Part shown: positions 1-10,192 of the stretch, piece by piece
Layout of the letters: each line of letters begins with the position of its first letter
Position numbering within the stretch: position 1 is the first letter of the stretch
From: Pseudobdellovibrionaceae bacterium
GTDB lineage: Bacteria; Bdellovibrionota; Bdellovibrionia; Bdellovibrionales; Bdellovibrionaceae
Reading direction: 5' to 3'
Assembly (NCBI GenBank): GCA_039810425.1
Contig: JBDHWW010000003.1
Coordinates: forward strand, 1-64,000
Length of the DNA stretch: 64,000 bases
Notes under the pieces: generated by a model
What the model was told of the DNA's origin: nothing
Database searches by the model: none
Seen by the model: only the letters and a program-made list of their open reading frames with translations
Position numbers and translations under genes: made by a program

Positions 1-86
1 CGCATCGCTATCTTGTTTTACTGTGGTAAACTGGAACTCTACCCTCTATAGGCACAAGAAAGTCGGAAGAACCAAAACTTATTTGA

Positions 87-611
87 CTAGTTGTTCAAAC
101 CTGTTTGAATTTCCTGGGCGCGAGATAAATGTTTTTCAACATGTGCCTTTGTGGCCTCGAGATATGTCTTTACGTCGGGACTTTGCGCCGCCGGTATCAG
201 TCTTGTGTTCAAATCATCCAGCAATTGCTGATGCATGCTGATTTGCTGATCTATATAAGCTTTGTCGAACTCTTTGCCTTTAAAGTTTTTGAGTTCTTTT
301 TCTTTTCTTTCAGCCATGCTCCTCAAATCTTTTGAAGCGGTGCTATCTTCAGGTTTTACGCTGGCCTTTTTGGCAACATCTTTAGACTCTTTTTCATTTT
401 TTTTGTGCTCATCAATCATCTGTTTCGCGAATTCTTTGACATCCTTATTTTCCGCTTTGGATTTTGCCATTTTAGCAAGATCTATTTCGCCGTCGTTGGC
501 CGTCCTCATCAGCTTCACGATTTTCGCATCAGTCATCGTTTCCTGTGCGACGGCTGCGGAAGCTCCACCCATCAACCCGGCGACTGCTAAAGTGAGTACC
601 AAATTTTTCAT
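87..611 (-). CDS. DUF4142 family secreted protein
   Basis: Signal peptide MKNLVLTLAVAG..AVAQ after an AAGGAG SD; motifs EIDLAKMA..KAENKDVKEFAKQMIDEH and FDKAYIDQQISMH. Start moved from 713 to 611. Confidence 0.85.
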   Translation of the reverse strand: MKNLVLTLAVAGLMGGASAAVAQETMTDAKIVKLMRTANDGEIDLAKMAKSKAENKDVKEFAKQMIDEHKKNEKESKDVAKKASVKPEDSTASKDLRSMAERKEKELKNFKGKEFDKAYIDQQISMHQQLLDDLNTRLIPAAQSPDVKTYLEATKAHVEKHLSRAQEIQTGLNN

Positions 612-735
612 ACCTATCTCCTTGCGTGCGTTGAAAAATATCAGCCAACACCTTAAACCGAACTCTTTCGCAAAAGACTCTTTTGATGTGAATTTTAAAA
701 GAAGAGTCCGCAAAATCTGTCGGATGACACGGCTC

Positions 736-1386
736 TTACACCAGGCTTAACTTCACAAAGTGGGTTCCGCGGATATCCCCGAGAAGTTCTACTTGCAAAT
801 TTCCCTGACAGACTTTCCGCGCTTCTTCGAGGATGTTCCGGCGATGCTCCGGCAAATCGCGGAGGAGCACGTACGCGGCCCCTTCACTACTTAAGCAATT
901 CGCGATTCCCAGCAATAGATTCTTTAAATCCGAATCAATAAAGAAACGGCAGCGATTTTTAAACTCCGACGTTGAAAGCTTTCCCTGCCCTTGCAAAAAG
1001 TACGGCGGATTGCACAGGATCAAATCGTACTTCCCCGCGAACTCCGGCCTCTGCAAGTCATCGTAGTTTCTCTGTAGGAAATGACAAGTTGTCGCCAGCT
1101 CTCCCAGACGCTTTAAGTTTTCCTGAAAGTGCGGCCAATAGACCGCTTGAACTTCGAGGAAGTCAAACTCCCTTGGCAGGCTTCCGCCCGCAGCCCGCCG
1201 GTGAAACAAAAAGTCCATACCGATAATCCCCGAGCCCGCGCAGAGATCAAGCGCATGCCGTGAACTGAAATCCCGCCCCCCGAGCAGCTCAAATGCCCGG
1301 CGCGCTAGAAAGACCGAATCGTGCGAGAAACGATACTCTGTCGGCTGGGAGTAATTAAATGTGTAATAGGGATTAACAGAGGACAT
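736..1386 (-). CDS. SAM-dependent N6-adenine methyltransferase (TrmN6/YfiC-like)
   Basis: YSQP..YRFSHDSVFLA, LDLCAGSG and YDLILCNPPYF motifs. Confidence 0.75.
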   Translation of the reverse strand: MSSVNPYYTFNYSQPTEYRFSHDSVFLARRAFELLGGRDFSSRHALDLCAGSGIIGMDFLFHRRAAGGSLPREFDFLEVQAVYWPHFQENLKRLGELATTCHFLQRNYDDLQRPEFAGKYDLILCNPPYFLQGQGKLSTSEFKNRCRFFIDSDLKNLLLGIANCLSSEGAAYVLLRDLPEHRRNILEEARKVCQGNLQVELLGDIRGTHFVKLSLV

Positions 1387-1477
1387 GACCCTTCCTACCC
1401 TATATCAGATCCTTAAACAATCGTGAAAAGACGTCCCCATGGGGGCCCTACTTCTTGAAACAACTCGGATGTCGCCA

Positions 1478-1492
1478 GTCTCATTCTGAGAC
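1478..1492. promoter_or_regulatory. Palindrome GTCTCA-N3-TGAGAC, candidate activator site
   Basis: Perfect 6-3-6 dyad about 100 bp upstream of a sigma54-type promoter. Confidence 0.45.
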
Positions 1493-1591
1493 GCACTCTC
1501 CAGTCGCGTGTAAAGCGCAAATCGTCGCACCGGTTTTCCACCCTCTGCAGGTTCCCATTTTAAAGCGTATAAGAACCCAAATAGCGGGCAC

Positions 1592-1607
1592 TGGCGTTGC
1601 AATTGCT
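1592..1607 (+). promoter_or_regulatory. sigma54 -24/-12 promoter
   Basis: TGGCGTTGCAATTGCT has GG-N10-GC spacing and lies 43 nt before the 1650 ORF. Confidence 0.65.
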
Positions 1608-1649
1608 GAGTAGAAATTCAAGGCCTCTTTAGACGCCTAAAGGATTATA

Positions 1650-2228
1650 TTGATGTTTAAGAAGTGGCTCTTAACCACCTTCTTAGCTATTTTTGCTATG
1701 CTTTTGGTTTTACCAACCTATGCAAGCAAAGCGGGCTGGACGGACATATTTAAGATGAAGGCCTCCCTTTGTGTCTATTGGGAATGCCCGCCAGTCTTTG
1801 TGAGGACGATGGGCCTTCACAAAGTCACTGAGCAAGAGGGCCGTATCGCCTCATTGCAATCCGTAACCCGCGCCCGCGTCGACGCGAAATTTTTTGCTTC
1901 GAAAGTTATCTTCACGGAGCCTGGCGATGAGCCCGATCAGCTCTACCGCATGATTCAGATTCGTGTGAATCCCGAAGACAAAGTTACGACCTCTACCGGC
2001 TATAAGGAAACTCCTGTTGAAACCGCCGGTCACCGTATCGTGAACATCGATAACTACCAGGCCCATACACTTAAAATTAACGGCCGTGCGCTGATCTCAA
2101 AAGAACTTTCGGTCACTCATCATGCCATTCAAAACTTGATCATCGAAGGAATCATTGCACCCCCAAACAACCAGTTTGGTTCAGCGACAAACGCTCGCCT
2201 ACTGAACAAGTACCTTCTTGAAAACTAG
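1650..2228 (+). CDS. Hypothetical exported protein
   Basis: 192-aa ORF with hydrophobic N-terminal signal and AAGGA SD. Confidence 0.7.
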   Translation: MMFKKWLLTTFLAIFAMLLVLPTYASKAGWTDIFKMKASLCVYWECPPVFVRTMGLHKVTEQEGRIASLQSVTRARVDAKFFASKVIFTEPGDEPDQLYRMIQIRVNPEDKVTTSTGYKETPVETAGHRIVNIDNYQAHTLKINGRALISKELSVTHHAIQNLIIEGIIAPPNNQFGSATNARLLNKYLLEN

Positions 2229-2275
2229 GATTAAAGTAAGAAGCAATTTTTAAGCTTTGCCCGAGCACTAAACGC

Positions 2276-3295
2276 TTAGACTTCCACCTGTCCGCAAAGC
2301 CAGGTTTCAAGCTCGATCAGCCCTGATGTCAAATCGGCATACTTTGGTTTAAGCACAGCAAAGACCTTACGGATCGTTTCACCGGAATAGGGCTGCCCAC
2401 GCAGGTTCGAGGTCAGATCCTCAATCAATTGCGGGTAAAGGCAGTCGGTGAATATCTGAAGGTCGGTCATCCGCGCTTCATCGACTTTAAAATGAAAATC
2501 AAAGAAACCTAAAGACAGGTACTCATCCATCTTTTGGTTGAACTCCAAAGTATTGCCATAGAGCCAATTCCAAGAACTTAAGCTTTCGTATTGCTCTTTA
2601 AGCTCTGGAATTTTTGGCAAACTCTCCAAATCCAGAGCTTCGACCACGGCTTGGGCGCCATAAAACTTCTCAAACGACCGGATCATCGCATCGACAATCT
2701 TGCCGTGCTCAATGTGCTCAGAAACTTCTTTCAGATTAGCCACGCGGGCACGAACGGATTCCTTACCCTTAGCTTGAAGTTTTTTGGGATTCGGCGTGAG
2801 GTATTGCCCCAAGCGGGCCAGATCGGCGTGCAAAAGCAAAGTCCCATGATGAAAAGCGCGGTCCTTCTTTTCGCGATAAGCGCTGCCAGAGAATTTGCGA
2901 GGGCCATCCGGAAAAGGAATCAGCAAATCGTTGCGGCCCGAAGCTTTACCTTCGATACCGAATTGCTTTAACGCCTGAAAGATCACCTGCACGTTATTTT
3001 CACGTTTGTAAGCTTCGCGTGGGGACAGAAAAGTGAAGTTCGTATTGCCAAGGTCATGAAAAACCGCGCCCCCGCCCGTCGTTCTGCGGGCCAAGTGGAC
3101 ATTGTCGGACTTCATTTTCGCGAGATTGCATTCCGACCAAGGATTCTGGTTGCGGCCGATCACCACAGTCTCTTCATTGCGCCATAGGAAAAGAACCTGC
3201 TGAGAAGGATCGAGGTTGTGGAAGATCCACTCTTCAGTGGCAAGATTGAGGTGGGGATTCAGGCTATCGGAAAGGAAGACCTTCAGTTTTTTCAT
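2276..3295 (-). CDS. lplA: Lipoate-protein ligase A
   Basis: NLATEEWIF, VVIGRNQNPWSECN, RRTTGGGAVFHDLGN, KFSGSAY, HHGTLL motifs. Confidence 0.95.
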   Translation of the reverse strand: MKKLKVFLSDSLNPHLNLATEEWIFHNLDPSQQVLFLWRNEETVVIGRNQNPWSECNLAKMKSDNVHLARRTTGGGAVFHDLGNTNFTFLSPREAYKRENNVQVIFQALKQFGIEGKASGRNDLLIPFPDGPRKFSGSAYREKKDRAFHHGTLLLHADLARLGQYLTPNPKKLQAKGKESVRARVANLKEVSEHIEHGKIVDAMIRSFEKFYGAQAVVEALDLESLPKIPELKEQYESLSSWNWLYGNTLEFNQKMDEYLSLGFFDFHFKVDEARMTDLQIFTDCLYPQLIEDLTSNLRGQPYSGETIRKVFAVLKPKYADLTSGLIELETWLCGQVEV

Positions 3296-3310
3296 GAGGT
3301 CTTTGTACTA

Positions 3311-4762
3311 TTACTTCTTGAGGAAAATCAAGGCTCCCTCATCCTTGTAAACTAAGTGCCAATCAGGGTGCTCCGTCAAAATCTTGAGAAGCCCCTCATT
3401 GCCTCTAAACCGGTCTAGAAAAAATGCCCCGATGTTAAATTTCTTCACCTGGACATCGAAACGTGCGCGGTCAACGCCAAACGCCAGGTATTGGTTTACA
3501 AAGAAATCCAGGTCCGTCACAAAGCCATGGTACAGAACCTTTCTACGCCCTTCCCATGCCCAGGCAAGATAGCTACCATAAAGATGTGAGTTATAAACGT
3601 TCGCTTGCAAACCTGATTGATCCAAGATTTTCGCCGCCCGCTCCGGAACTATGCGCGGATCCTTCCCGAGCCCAAAATCACGATGCCCTGAAACGCTATC
3701 ATAGCCCCAACCGACATTTTTCACTACCAAACCTAGCGCAAGCGCGGCAAGCCCCACGTTCAGGTACTTCAAAGGCCATTTGGGAGAATACGCCCCCTTC
3801 CGAGCCAGAGAGGCATTCAAAGTCACAATGGCAAAGCAGAACGAGGGTACAAAGCGAATCGCGTAAAACCCGTAGAAAATGAAAAATGCCGAAGCAATGG
3901 CTTCGAAGAACGGCTTTTGTTTGCGTGCGCGGACAAGCAAAAACAAGTTTAGAATCGCCAGCGCAAAAATAAAGTATGTCTGTGCGCCTTCCCGATAGAG
4001 TGGATGAAGCGTCGGCATCCACTCGAAATAGAAAATTCGGTAAACCTTGCCCTCGTTCTGCATGAAATTAAACGGATACAAGAACCCGTCCACGCCCCGA
4101 GGATTGATAAAACAAACTAAAACCGATGCGATGACCAAAGCCGCAAACTTACGATACTCCGTCTCGCGCCATTTCGGTAAGTTGATCATTAAGAAAGTTC
4201 CACAGAGGAACCAGCCGATAGGATACCCGGGATGCAGATTCACCCAAAAGAGAAAAATCATCGGCAGCACATACTTCCAGCGGCCCGGTTTGATGTGTTC
4301 AGCCATCAGGATGTTTAAAACAGCGACGACAAAGAAGTCCGAGAAGAAGGAGGTCCTCTCCATCATTCGGAAGCTCATCGCATAGACCGCTAGAACGACC
4401 GAAACCCCCCAAAACCATGTCGCCTGTGGAGACTTTCGGATTCGCCAGAGGGGAAAACAGTATACCAAAGTAATGAAGAACGATTTAACGACTATAATCA
4501 GATCAAAATCACCGAGCTGATAAAGACCGTAGAAAACAAAATAACCCAGCCACTGATGCAGAATTGTCCAATGAAAATTCGGGATTGAAAATAAGAAAGG
4601 ATCCGTCACCGGCAAAGAACCGGTCTTAAAATACTCACGAACAATCGCGAGATACATGAAGAGATCCTCTGACATCAGCGGAAAGCAGCTCATGCTAATC
4701 ACAAGCAAGGCAACAGAAAACCAGACCAGCCCTTTCGAGCTGGCGTCGAAATTCAACTTCAT
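3311..4762 (-). CDS. Multi-pass membrane protein, putative GT-C glycosyltransferase
   Basis: Many TM segments; D-x-F-x-Y-L..P..DPF..W..HQWL loop and WVNLHPGY motif. Confidence 0.6.
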   Translation of the reverse strand: MKLNFDASSKGLVWFSVALLVISMSCFPLMSEDLFMYLAIVREYFKTGSLPVTDPFLFSIPNFHWTILHQWLGYFVFYGLYQLGDFDLIIVVKSFFITLVYCFPLWRIRKSPQATWFWGVSVVLAVYAMSFRMMERTSFFSDFFVVAVLNILMAEHIKPGRWKYVLPMIFLFWVNLHPGYPIGWFLCGTFLMINLPKWRETEYRKFAALVIASVLVCFINPRGVDGFLYPFNFMQNEGKVYRIFYFEWMPTLHPLYREGAQTYFIFALAILNLFLLVRARKQKPFFEAIASAFFIFYGFYAIRFVPSFCFAIVTLNASLARKGAYSPKWPLKYLNVGLAALALGLVVKNVGWGYDSVSGHRDFGLGKDPRIVPERAAKILDQSGLQANVYNSHLYGSYLAWAWEGRRKVLYHGFVTDLDFFVNQYLAFGVDRARFDVQVKKFNIGAFFLDRFRGNEGLLKILTEHPDWHLVYKDEGALIFLKK

Positions 4763-4788
4763 CCCAAAAGTTTAAAGGAGTTTACAAC

Positions 4789-7356
4789 CTACTGCAACTC
4801 TTCCAGGGCCCGCATCCACGGACTCAAAACACGGCTCAATTGTGCCTGACTTGCTTGAGACAAAGACGGCTGCACCTCGACCAAAGCTCTTAGCGTTTGG
4901 ATTTTTTCAGGAAAGCTCAAACTAGACCCGTCGCCGTTCACGTAGAAGCGGTCTGTCTTACTGAAAGCGTTCTTGTTGAGGGCAAAATAAATCTCATGAG
5001 CTGTCCAAAGGTATGCGTTCATTCCCGTGATTTCCCATGCGGCGACTAAGGCCCGAATGGCCATCGCCTGATCTTCGATGCGATAGTTCGGATTCTTCAC
5101 CTTTTGCATTGTCTTCAACGAGTAAACCGATTGAACCATTGAGTTTTCATCCAAAAGCTGGCTGGAGATAAAATTTGCTAAAGCAATAGTCAAAAGCTTG
5201 AGATCCTTACGGCCCTCAATCAGCGCCTGCAAAGGAGTCGCTCCGGTTTCATCGCGTTCTAGCAAAATTGCCGAACGCGTCCGCTCGACACCGTCAGTGG
5301 CTTTTAAGAACTCTTGAATTGCCAGCAAGAACTTTGCAACGTCCTGGCCTTGAACTTGATTTGCCCTTTGGCCGTCTTTGATATCAACGAGCCCGGCCAT
5401 AATCGCGGTCTCTTCGCCGCCGGATTGATATTGATCAGCCCATATAGTTTTATTGTTCAAGGTGATCAAAAAAACCGGTGTCGATTTCTTCGTGATATTC
5501 TTTAGTAAAACCGCTGCATCCCCAATATTCAGCGCAAAGAGCATGTCTTTCGGGAATAACGGCCTTGCCAGCGCGGGATTTTGAATTTCACTCGTCAGTT
5601 CCTGCGCTTGAACTTTGCCAAGGCTTTCTTCAAAGCCAGTCTTTTTCCAATCGGCGGTGAAATTCAGCATTTGGCTGAGACCACGCAGCTGATCCGCATA
5701 GGCCGAGGCTGAGAAGTCTTTCGCGTAAGGCTCTTCAGAAGCCTGGAAAGAATCCGACATCTTGATTTTATCTGGAATACGATAAGAGTACGCCGACTTT
5801 GTAAATGTCATTAAGTCCAGTGAAGTCTTGGTCTTTTCGATCGGCATCATCAATGCCGGCACCAAACGCTTCTCGTCATCACGATAACCGCCCAGCGCAA
5901 TCAACTTATTGATCTGCGACAAGGCGATGCGCATTTTGAAATCATTCTGGTCCGGAGTATTTTGTAAAAACAAAGCATTCGCTGCCATTGAAGTGCCGGC
6001 CGCGTTTGCCTTTAAATCCAAAGAACTCCCTGCCGCTTCGACCGCCATTTTACTTTTTGTAGAAAATTGCAAGTTCACAGATGGAGCTTCAAATCCTGCA
6101 ACCTTTCCGTCAGTGCCAGGCAAGGTCTTGCCTGCCCACTTGCTGATGAGGTTCTTCAGGTAGCGCGGATAGTCCTTACGGATCGCCAAAAGCTCATCCG
6201 CTTTATCGACAAGACCCGCATCGATTTGCTTTGCGAATGTCTCTGGCATTGTCACGATGAAGGTCTGCGCGAACCGCTCGATAATGCCGATCATGTATTT
6301 CAAAGTCGCCTGGTTCAGTTTTGTATGAAGTTGCTCTATACCATATTGCTCAATCTTTGGCAGAATGAAAATCTTCTTGGCGACACCGTTGATAATACCA
6401 CCGCTGCAGCCCGGAAGGCGCAGGCAACTCAGGTCTTTCGCGTCTTGCTTTGCAAGAAAGTCATACAGAGACTGATTTTCTTTTTGGAAATAGTCAACCC
6501 GCTCTTGCGGAGTCAAAATACTCCAAATGTCGATCAAAACAGTCAAGCCCGCTTGCGGCGTTGTTAAACTGTCCAAGTCTTTTGCGATCACCCGGCCTTG
6601 CTGAATGCTCTTTTGGGTTTCTGCAGGCAACTGCATTTCAAATTGCGCAATCGCGCCTTCAACAAGGGCCAGTGCTTTTGAAAAGAGGGGCGTATTATAA
6701 AGCTGATTAGCCATATCGCGGAATTTCGCAAACAAAGTCGATGTTTGCTTCTGCAATTCCGCGTTGACTCCCTCAGAGATCACTTTTGGAATACCCAAAG
6801 CAGCGATTCTATTAGTCACGACCAAGGTAAAAGCCTCAGCGCTGACGATAATGCGATTCAAATCCGAACCCTGTTGTGGCCATGCATAGCTTTTACCGAG
6901 ATCAGCGATAGAGCTCTTAATAAGTTTACGTGAACGATCCAAATCAACCTGAACCTCGCCGAGAGACTTCTGAACTTGCTCCTCAGTTTGAGTTGTTGCC
7001 AAAGTTGCAAAAGGGCTGCGTGCAAAATCCGTATAAGAGCTCGTCCTTGAAGACTTATAGAATCGCTCGACCCACTGCAAACCTGCTTGAGTCAGTTGGG
7101 GGCGCTCTGTCTTTTGACCAAGCAGCATCAGGTTTTCCGCTTGCTGAAAGAAGCTCGCCGTCGAAACCGTGCCTTCCCATGCGAGATTGGCTTTGAAAAG
7201 TTCGCTCTCTTTAAGGCCGGCGCTCAAATCCGTATCTTGATTACGAGGACCGAATTCGCTGGTCGGTTGTGGGAACTGACGTTCTTGGGCTTTCGGCGCA
7301 CACGCATTGATGAGGAAGCTGGCGGCAATGGCAAGTTTGATAGTGTTTTTCATCAT
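4789..7356 (-). CDS. Large hypothetical lipoprotein
   Basis: 855-aa ORF with lipobox INAC. Confidence 0.75.
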   Translation of the reverse strand: MMKNTIKLAIAASFLINACAPKAQERQFPQPTSEFGPRNQDTDLSAGLKESELFKANLAWEGTVSTASFFQQAENLMLLGQKTERPQLTQAGLQWVERFYKSSRTSSYTDFARSPFATLATTQTEEQVQKSLGEVQVDLDRSRKLIKSSIADLGKSYAWPQQGSDLNRIIVSAEAFTLVVTNRIAALGIPKVISEGVNAELQKQTSTLFAKFRDMANQLYNTPLFSKALALVEGAIAQFEMQLPAETQKSIQQGRVIAKDLDSLTTPQAGLTVLIDIWSILTPQERVDYFQKENQSLYDFLAKQDAKDLSCLRLPGCSGGIINGVAKKIFILPKIEQYGIEQLHTKLNQATLKYMIGIIERFAQTFIVTMPETFAKQIDAGLVDKADELLAIRKDYPRYLKNLISKWAGKTLPGTDGKVAGFEAPSVNLQFSTKSKMAVEAAGSSLDLKANAAGTSMAANALFLQNTPDQNDFKMRIALSQINKLIALGGYRDDEKRLVPALMMPIEKTKTSLDLMTFTKSAYSYRIPDKIKMSDSFQASEEPYAKDFSASAYADQLRGLSQMLNFTADWKKTGFEESLGKVQAQELTSEIQNPALARPLFPKDMLFALNIGDAAVLLKNITKKSTPVFLITLNNKTIWADQYQSGGEETAIMAGLVDIKDGQRANQVQGQDVAKFLLAIQEFLKATDGVERTRSAILLERDETGATPLQALIEGRKDLKLLTIALANFISSQLLDENSMVQSVYSLKTMQKVKNPNYRIEDQAMAIRALVAAWEITGMNAYLWTAHEIYFALNKNAFSKTDRFYVNGDGSSLSFPEKIQTLRALVEVQPSLSQASQAQLSRVLSPWMRALEELQ

Positions 7357-7361
7357 TCCCC

Positions 7362-8579
7362 CTAAAAAAACAACATCAAGTTAAGTTCTTGAACAAGCTG
7401 TCTTTCAATGTTTGTTCCTGCGACCACATCAGAAACCTCCAGCGCAATGATCGCAGGGATCACAGCTGTTTTTCTGAAGTAGCTTTTAATGCTATTATAA
7501 GTGAGTTCCATCTTCGCGCGTTGTGCGTTCAGGACCGTCTTCGCGGACAATAGATCGTATCGGGCATCTTTGGATCCACGATAGGAGTCTTTTTCTTTTT
7601 GAGAAAGCTCATAACCAGCGCCAAGACTCCAACTATCGCTAAAATCATAGACAAGGCTCCCACCGAGAGTGGTTGTATTACCGATTGTTCTTTGAACTGT
7701 TTGCTTTGTTGACGCATCCGGAAGAGTGTCATCTTCATTTGTTGGAACACGTGCCGTGACTTCATCCGGCATGTTGAACAGGTAGCCCAAATAAGGAATC
7801 GCGGTGAAGCCCTTGCCGAGCTTGCGGGAGTATACAAATGAGTTGTTCAAAGTTGTGCGACCGAAAACATTAAGCTCCGCGAGGTCGTCAGGATTGTATT
7901 TCGGACCCGTCGGCAGACCGAGCTGTGCTTGATACACGAGGGCTTGGTCATTGTTACCGAAAAGGCGGTACATACTCACGAGCTGAACATCGCCGACAAA
8001 GGTTTCGTTCTTATCACTGAGTTGCTTGTAGCCTTTATCCGCCAGGGCTTGATTAGTCGCGGTGCTGAGATCGGTGTTCAGTGCCTGATCCAGCTCCGGA
8101 TCAAGCCCCGAGAATTGGCGGCGGTAAGCATCGATGTTGGAAAACTGGCTCGAAATCGAGATTCTATTTGTATAAGTTACAACTGGAAGACCGAAGCCCA
8201 CTGTCCAATCATTGGTCACTCCGCGGGCGTAGACGGGGGCGAAGTACTTTACGGTTGGCATTGTTTCGACCTTGAGGACTCCAAGGTTGAATTGATCTCC
8301 GAGGCCCTGGGCGCCAAAACGATTAAGGGCCGTAATGAGTTTTTTCGCGTCTGCATTAAATTTTGCCAAAGTCGGTGCATCAAAAATAACCGATTTGTAG
8401 TCTCCGAGTTTCATAAGGGTGCCGGTCTCGGTGTAGCGTTCATCGATACCTTGGATATTTCCCATGCGAATCGACGGGCTATGGACCCCTGCGGGCAGGA
8501 GCGAGGTCGACGGAAGAGCTTGGGCGCACTTTGTCCCCATTCCGATGGAGACTAAGACTAGTAAGGCAAGTAACTTCAT
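7362..8579 (-). CDS. Putative outer-membrane beta-barrel protein
   Basis: Signal peptide, alternating beta-strand pattern, C-terminal Phe (ELNLMLFF). Confidence 0.6.
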   Translation of the reverse strand: MKLLALLVLVSIGMGTKCAQALPSTSLLPAGVHSPSIRMGNIQGIDERYTETGTLMKLGDYKSVIFDAPTLAKFNADAKKLITALNRFGAQGLGDQFNLGVLKVETMPTVKYFAPVYARGVTNDWTVGFGLPVVTYTNRISISSQFSNIDAYRRQFSGLDPELDQALNTDLSTATNQALADKGYKQLSDKNETFVGDVQLVSMYRLFGNNDQALVYQAQLGLPTGPKYNPDDLAELNVFGRTTLNNSFVYSRKLGKGFTAIPYLGYLFNMPDEVTARVPTNEDDTLPDASTKQTVQRTIGNTTTLGGSLVYDFSDSWSLGAGYELSQKEKDSYRGSKDARYDLLSAKTVLNAQRAKMELTYNSIKSYFRKTAVIPAIIALEVSDVVAGTNIERQLVQELNLMLFF

Positions 8580-8626
8580 TGAGATCCCTTCCAATGACGC
8601 TTTAAAATCATCTATAAATTTTTCTA

Positions 8627-8642
8627 AGCGAACTTCGTGCCA
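8627..8642 (-). promoter_or_regulatory. sigma54 -24/-12 promoter
   Basis: TGGCACGAAGTTCGCT on the minus strand, GG-N10-GC, upstream of the 8579 start. Confidence 0.6.
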
Positions 8643-8889
8643 ACCTCAACCGCACCACACTGACAAACAACAACGAAAATGCCGCAGTCGGGTGTCGCAG
8701 TTCCGAATATTCAGAGTGTATTTTTCAATTCGAGAAATTTTCACGAGACTTCTTCGCGCCTAAATGCATGAGAAACTCTCACGAAAAATTATGTTTCTTT
8801 TTCTGAGGTTCGAGAAACCGCGAATTCGCATCTAAAATCTTCTAACGCAGATTCATTTCAAAAATTCAGACCGATCGACGACCCCTTGG

Positions 8890-10191
8890 CTAGTAGAGTG
8901 TGCGGCCTGAGGCGAGTTCGAGGTTGCCTAAGGCTTCGATTGCGTCGATTTGCGATTGCACGAGTTTGGCTTTGTTAAGGTCCAACTCAAGCTCGGAGTC
9001 TAAGAGGTCATTGACCGTGCGAGTGCCCGCCTTTTTGCCGGCAGTGGCTTGACGAACAGCCTCTTGAGCTTGCGAGATCGAGACGGATTTTGATTTATAT
9101 ACGGAGACACTGTAATTGTATTTGCGTTTCCAGAGGTCCAGCTCTTGTGGCAATTGAATCATCGCCGCACGAGTGGCCTCAGCCGCGATCTTTTCTTGAT
9201 TTGCCGCTTGATGCTGGCTTGCCCAGGACGCTCCACCATCGAAGACTTCCCAATTCAAGGTCACCCCCACGGAGTAGGCATCTTTGTATTTTGATGACTC
9301 CACCACGTCGCGATCGGCGAAGTTATAATAAGTCTTATCGGCATAGACATTCAACTTTGGCGACCACCAAGCTTTAGAAGCCGCCGCCAACCGGGCGGCC
9401 CCCTCTTCACGCAAGAGCTTTGCCTGAATATCATCACGGTTTTGAGCCTCTGCCTGCAGATCCGCAGGAATTACAATCTTATCAATCGAAGGAAAGTCCC
9501 CCGCCAGATTCTCAGGGATAGACTCAAGACCCATAACCTGCGCTAAACGGTTTTTCGCCAGTGTAATATTATCATCGGCTTGAAGCTTTTCAGTTTTTGC
9601 CTCAGCCAATTGCACTTCGATACGAAGGGCATCGTAGTTCGTCGTATAGCCATACTTCACATAGCGCTTGGCCTGATCCAAATGCTCGTCAAGATTCTTA
9701 ACACGCTGATTGGCCACCACGGCCAATGTCTGAGCTCCCAGCGCCTGATAAAAATGAGAACGGACGGTGCGCTCTAGTTGAAATTCCGCACGACGCAGTT
9801 CCAATTCAGAAGCGCGCTCCTGCAAAGCGGCGGCCTTGTAATTGTTCATACCACCGAAACCTTCAAACAAAGTATAAGCCGCGCGAATATTGAAGTCCGT
9901 GTAAGGGCTTTCAACCGGCATCTCAATATGAGCGCCGCCAAAGTCCACCGGCATCAACATGTATTTCTCGCCGAACCGATGCTCGCCGTTCACGCTCAAC
10001 TTCGGCATGAAAGTCGAAAAGGCTTTCTTTTTCTGCCATGTCGCGGAGTCGTGTCCTAAACGAAGCTGACGAATGCCCGGGTTATTGTCCTTTGCTTTTG
10101 CCAGCGCCTCTTGAAAGGTCAACGACTGAGCATGTGCCGCTCCACCGACGAATAGAACAAAACTGAAGAACAACTTTCCAACTTTTTTCAT
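8890..10191 (-). CDS. TolC family outer-membrane efflux protein
   Basis: Signal peptide, two OEP repeats (LTFQEAL..A..NNP, PKLSV/PKLNV); last gene of an efflux operon. Confidence 0.9.
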   Translation of the reverse strand: MKKVGKLFFSFVLFVGGAAHAQSLTFQEALAKAKDNNPGIRQLRLGHDSATWQKKKAFSTFMPKLSVNGEHRFGEKYMLMPVDFGGAHIEMPVESPYTDFNIRAAYTLFEGFGGMNNYKAAALQERASELELRRAEFQLERTVRSHFYQALGAQTLAVVANQRVKNLDEHLDQAKRYVKYGYTTNYDALRIEVQLAEAKTEKLQADDNITLAKNRLAQVMGLESIPENLAGDFPSIDKIVIPADLQAEAQNRDDIQAKLLREEGAARLAAASKAWWSPKLNVYADKTYYNFADRDVVESSKYKDAYSVGVTLNWEVFDGGASWASQHQAANQEKIAAEATRAAMIQLPQELDLWKRKYNYSVSVYKSKSVSISQAQEAVRQATAGKKAGTRTVNDLLDSELELDLNKAKLVQSQIDAIEALGNLELASGRTLY

Positions 10192-10192
10192 T

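Noticed and set aside
8690..8886. Possible MITE or ncRNA in AT-rich intergenic DNA
   Set aside because: Inverted repeats are imperfect, with no target duplication or second copy in the window
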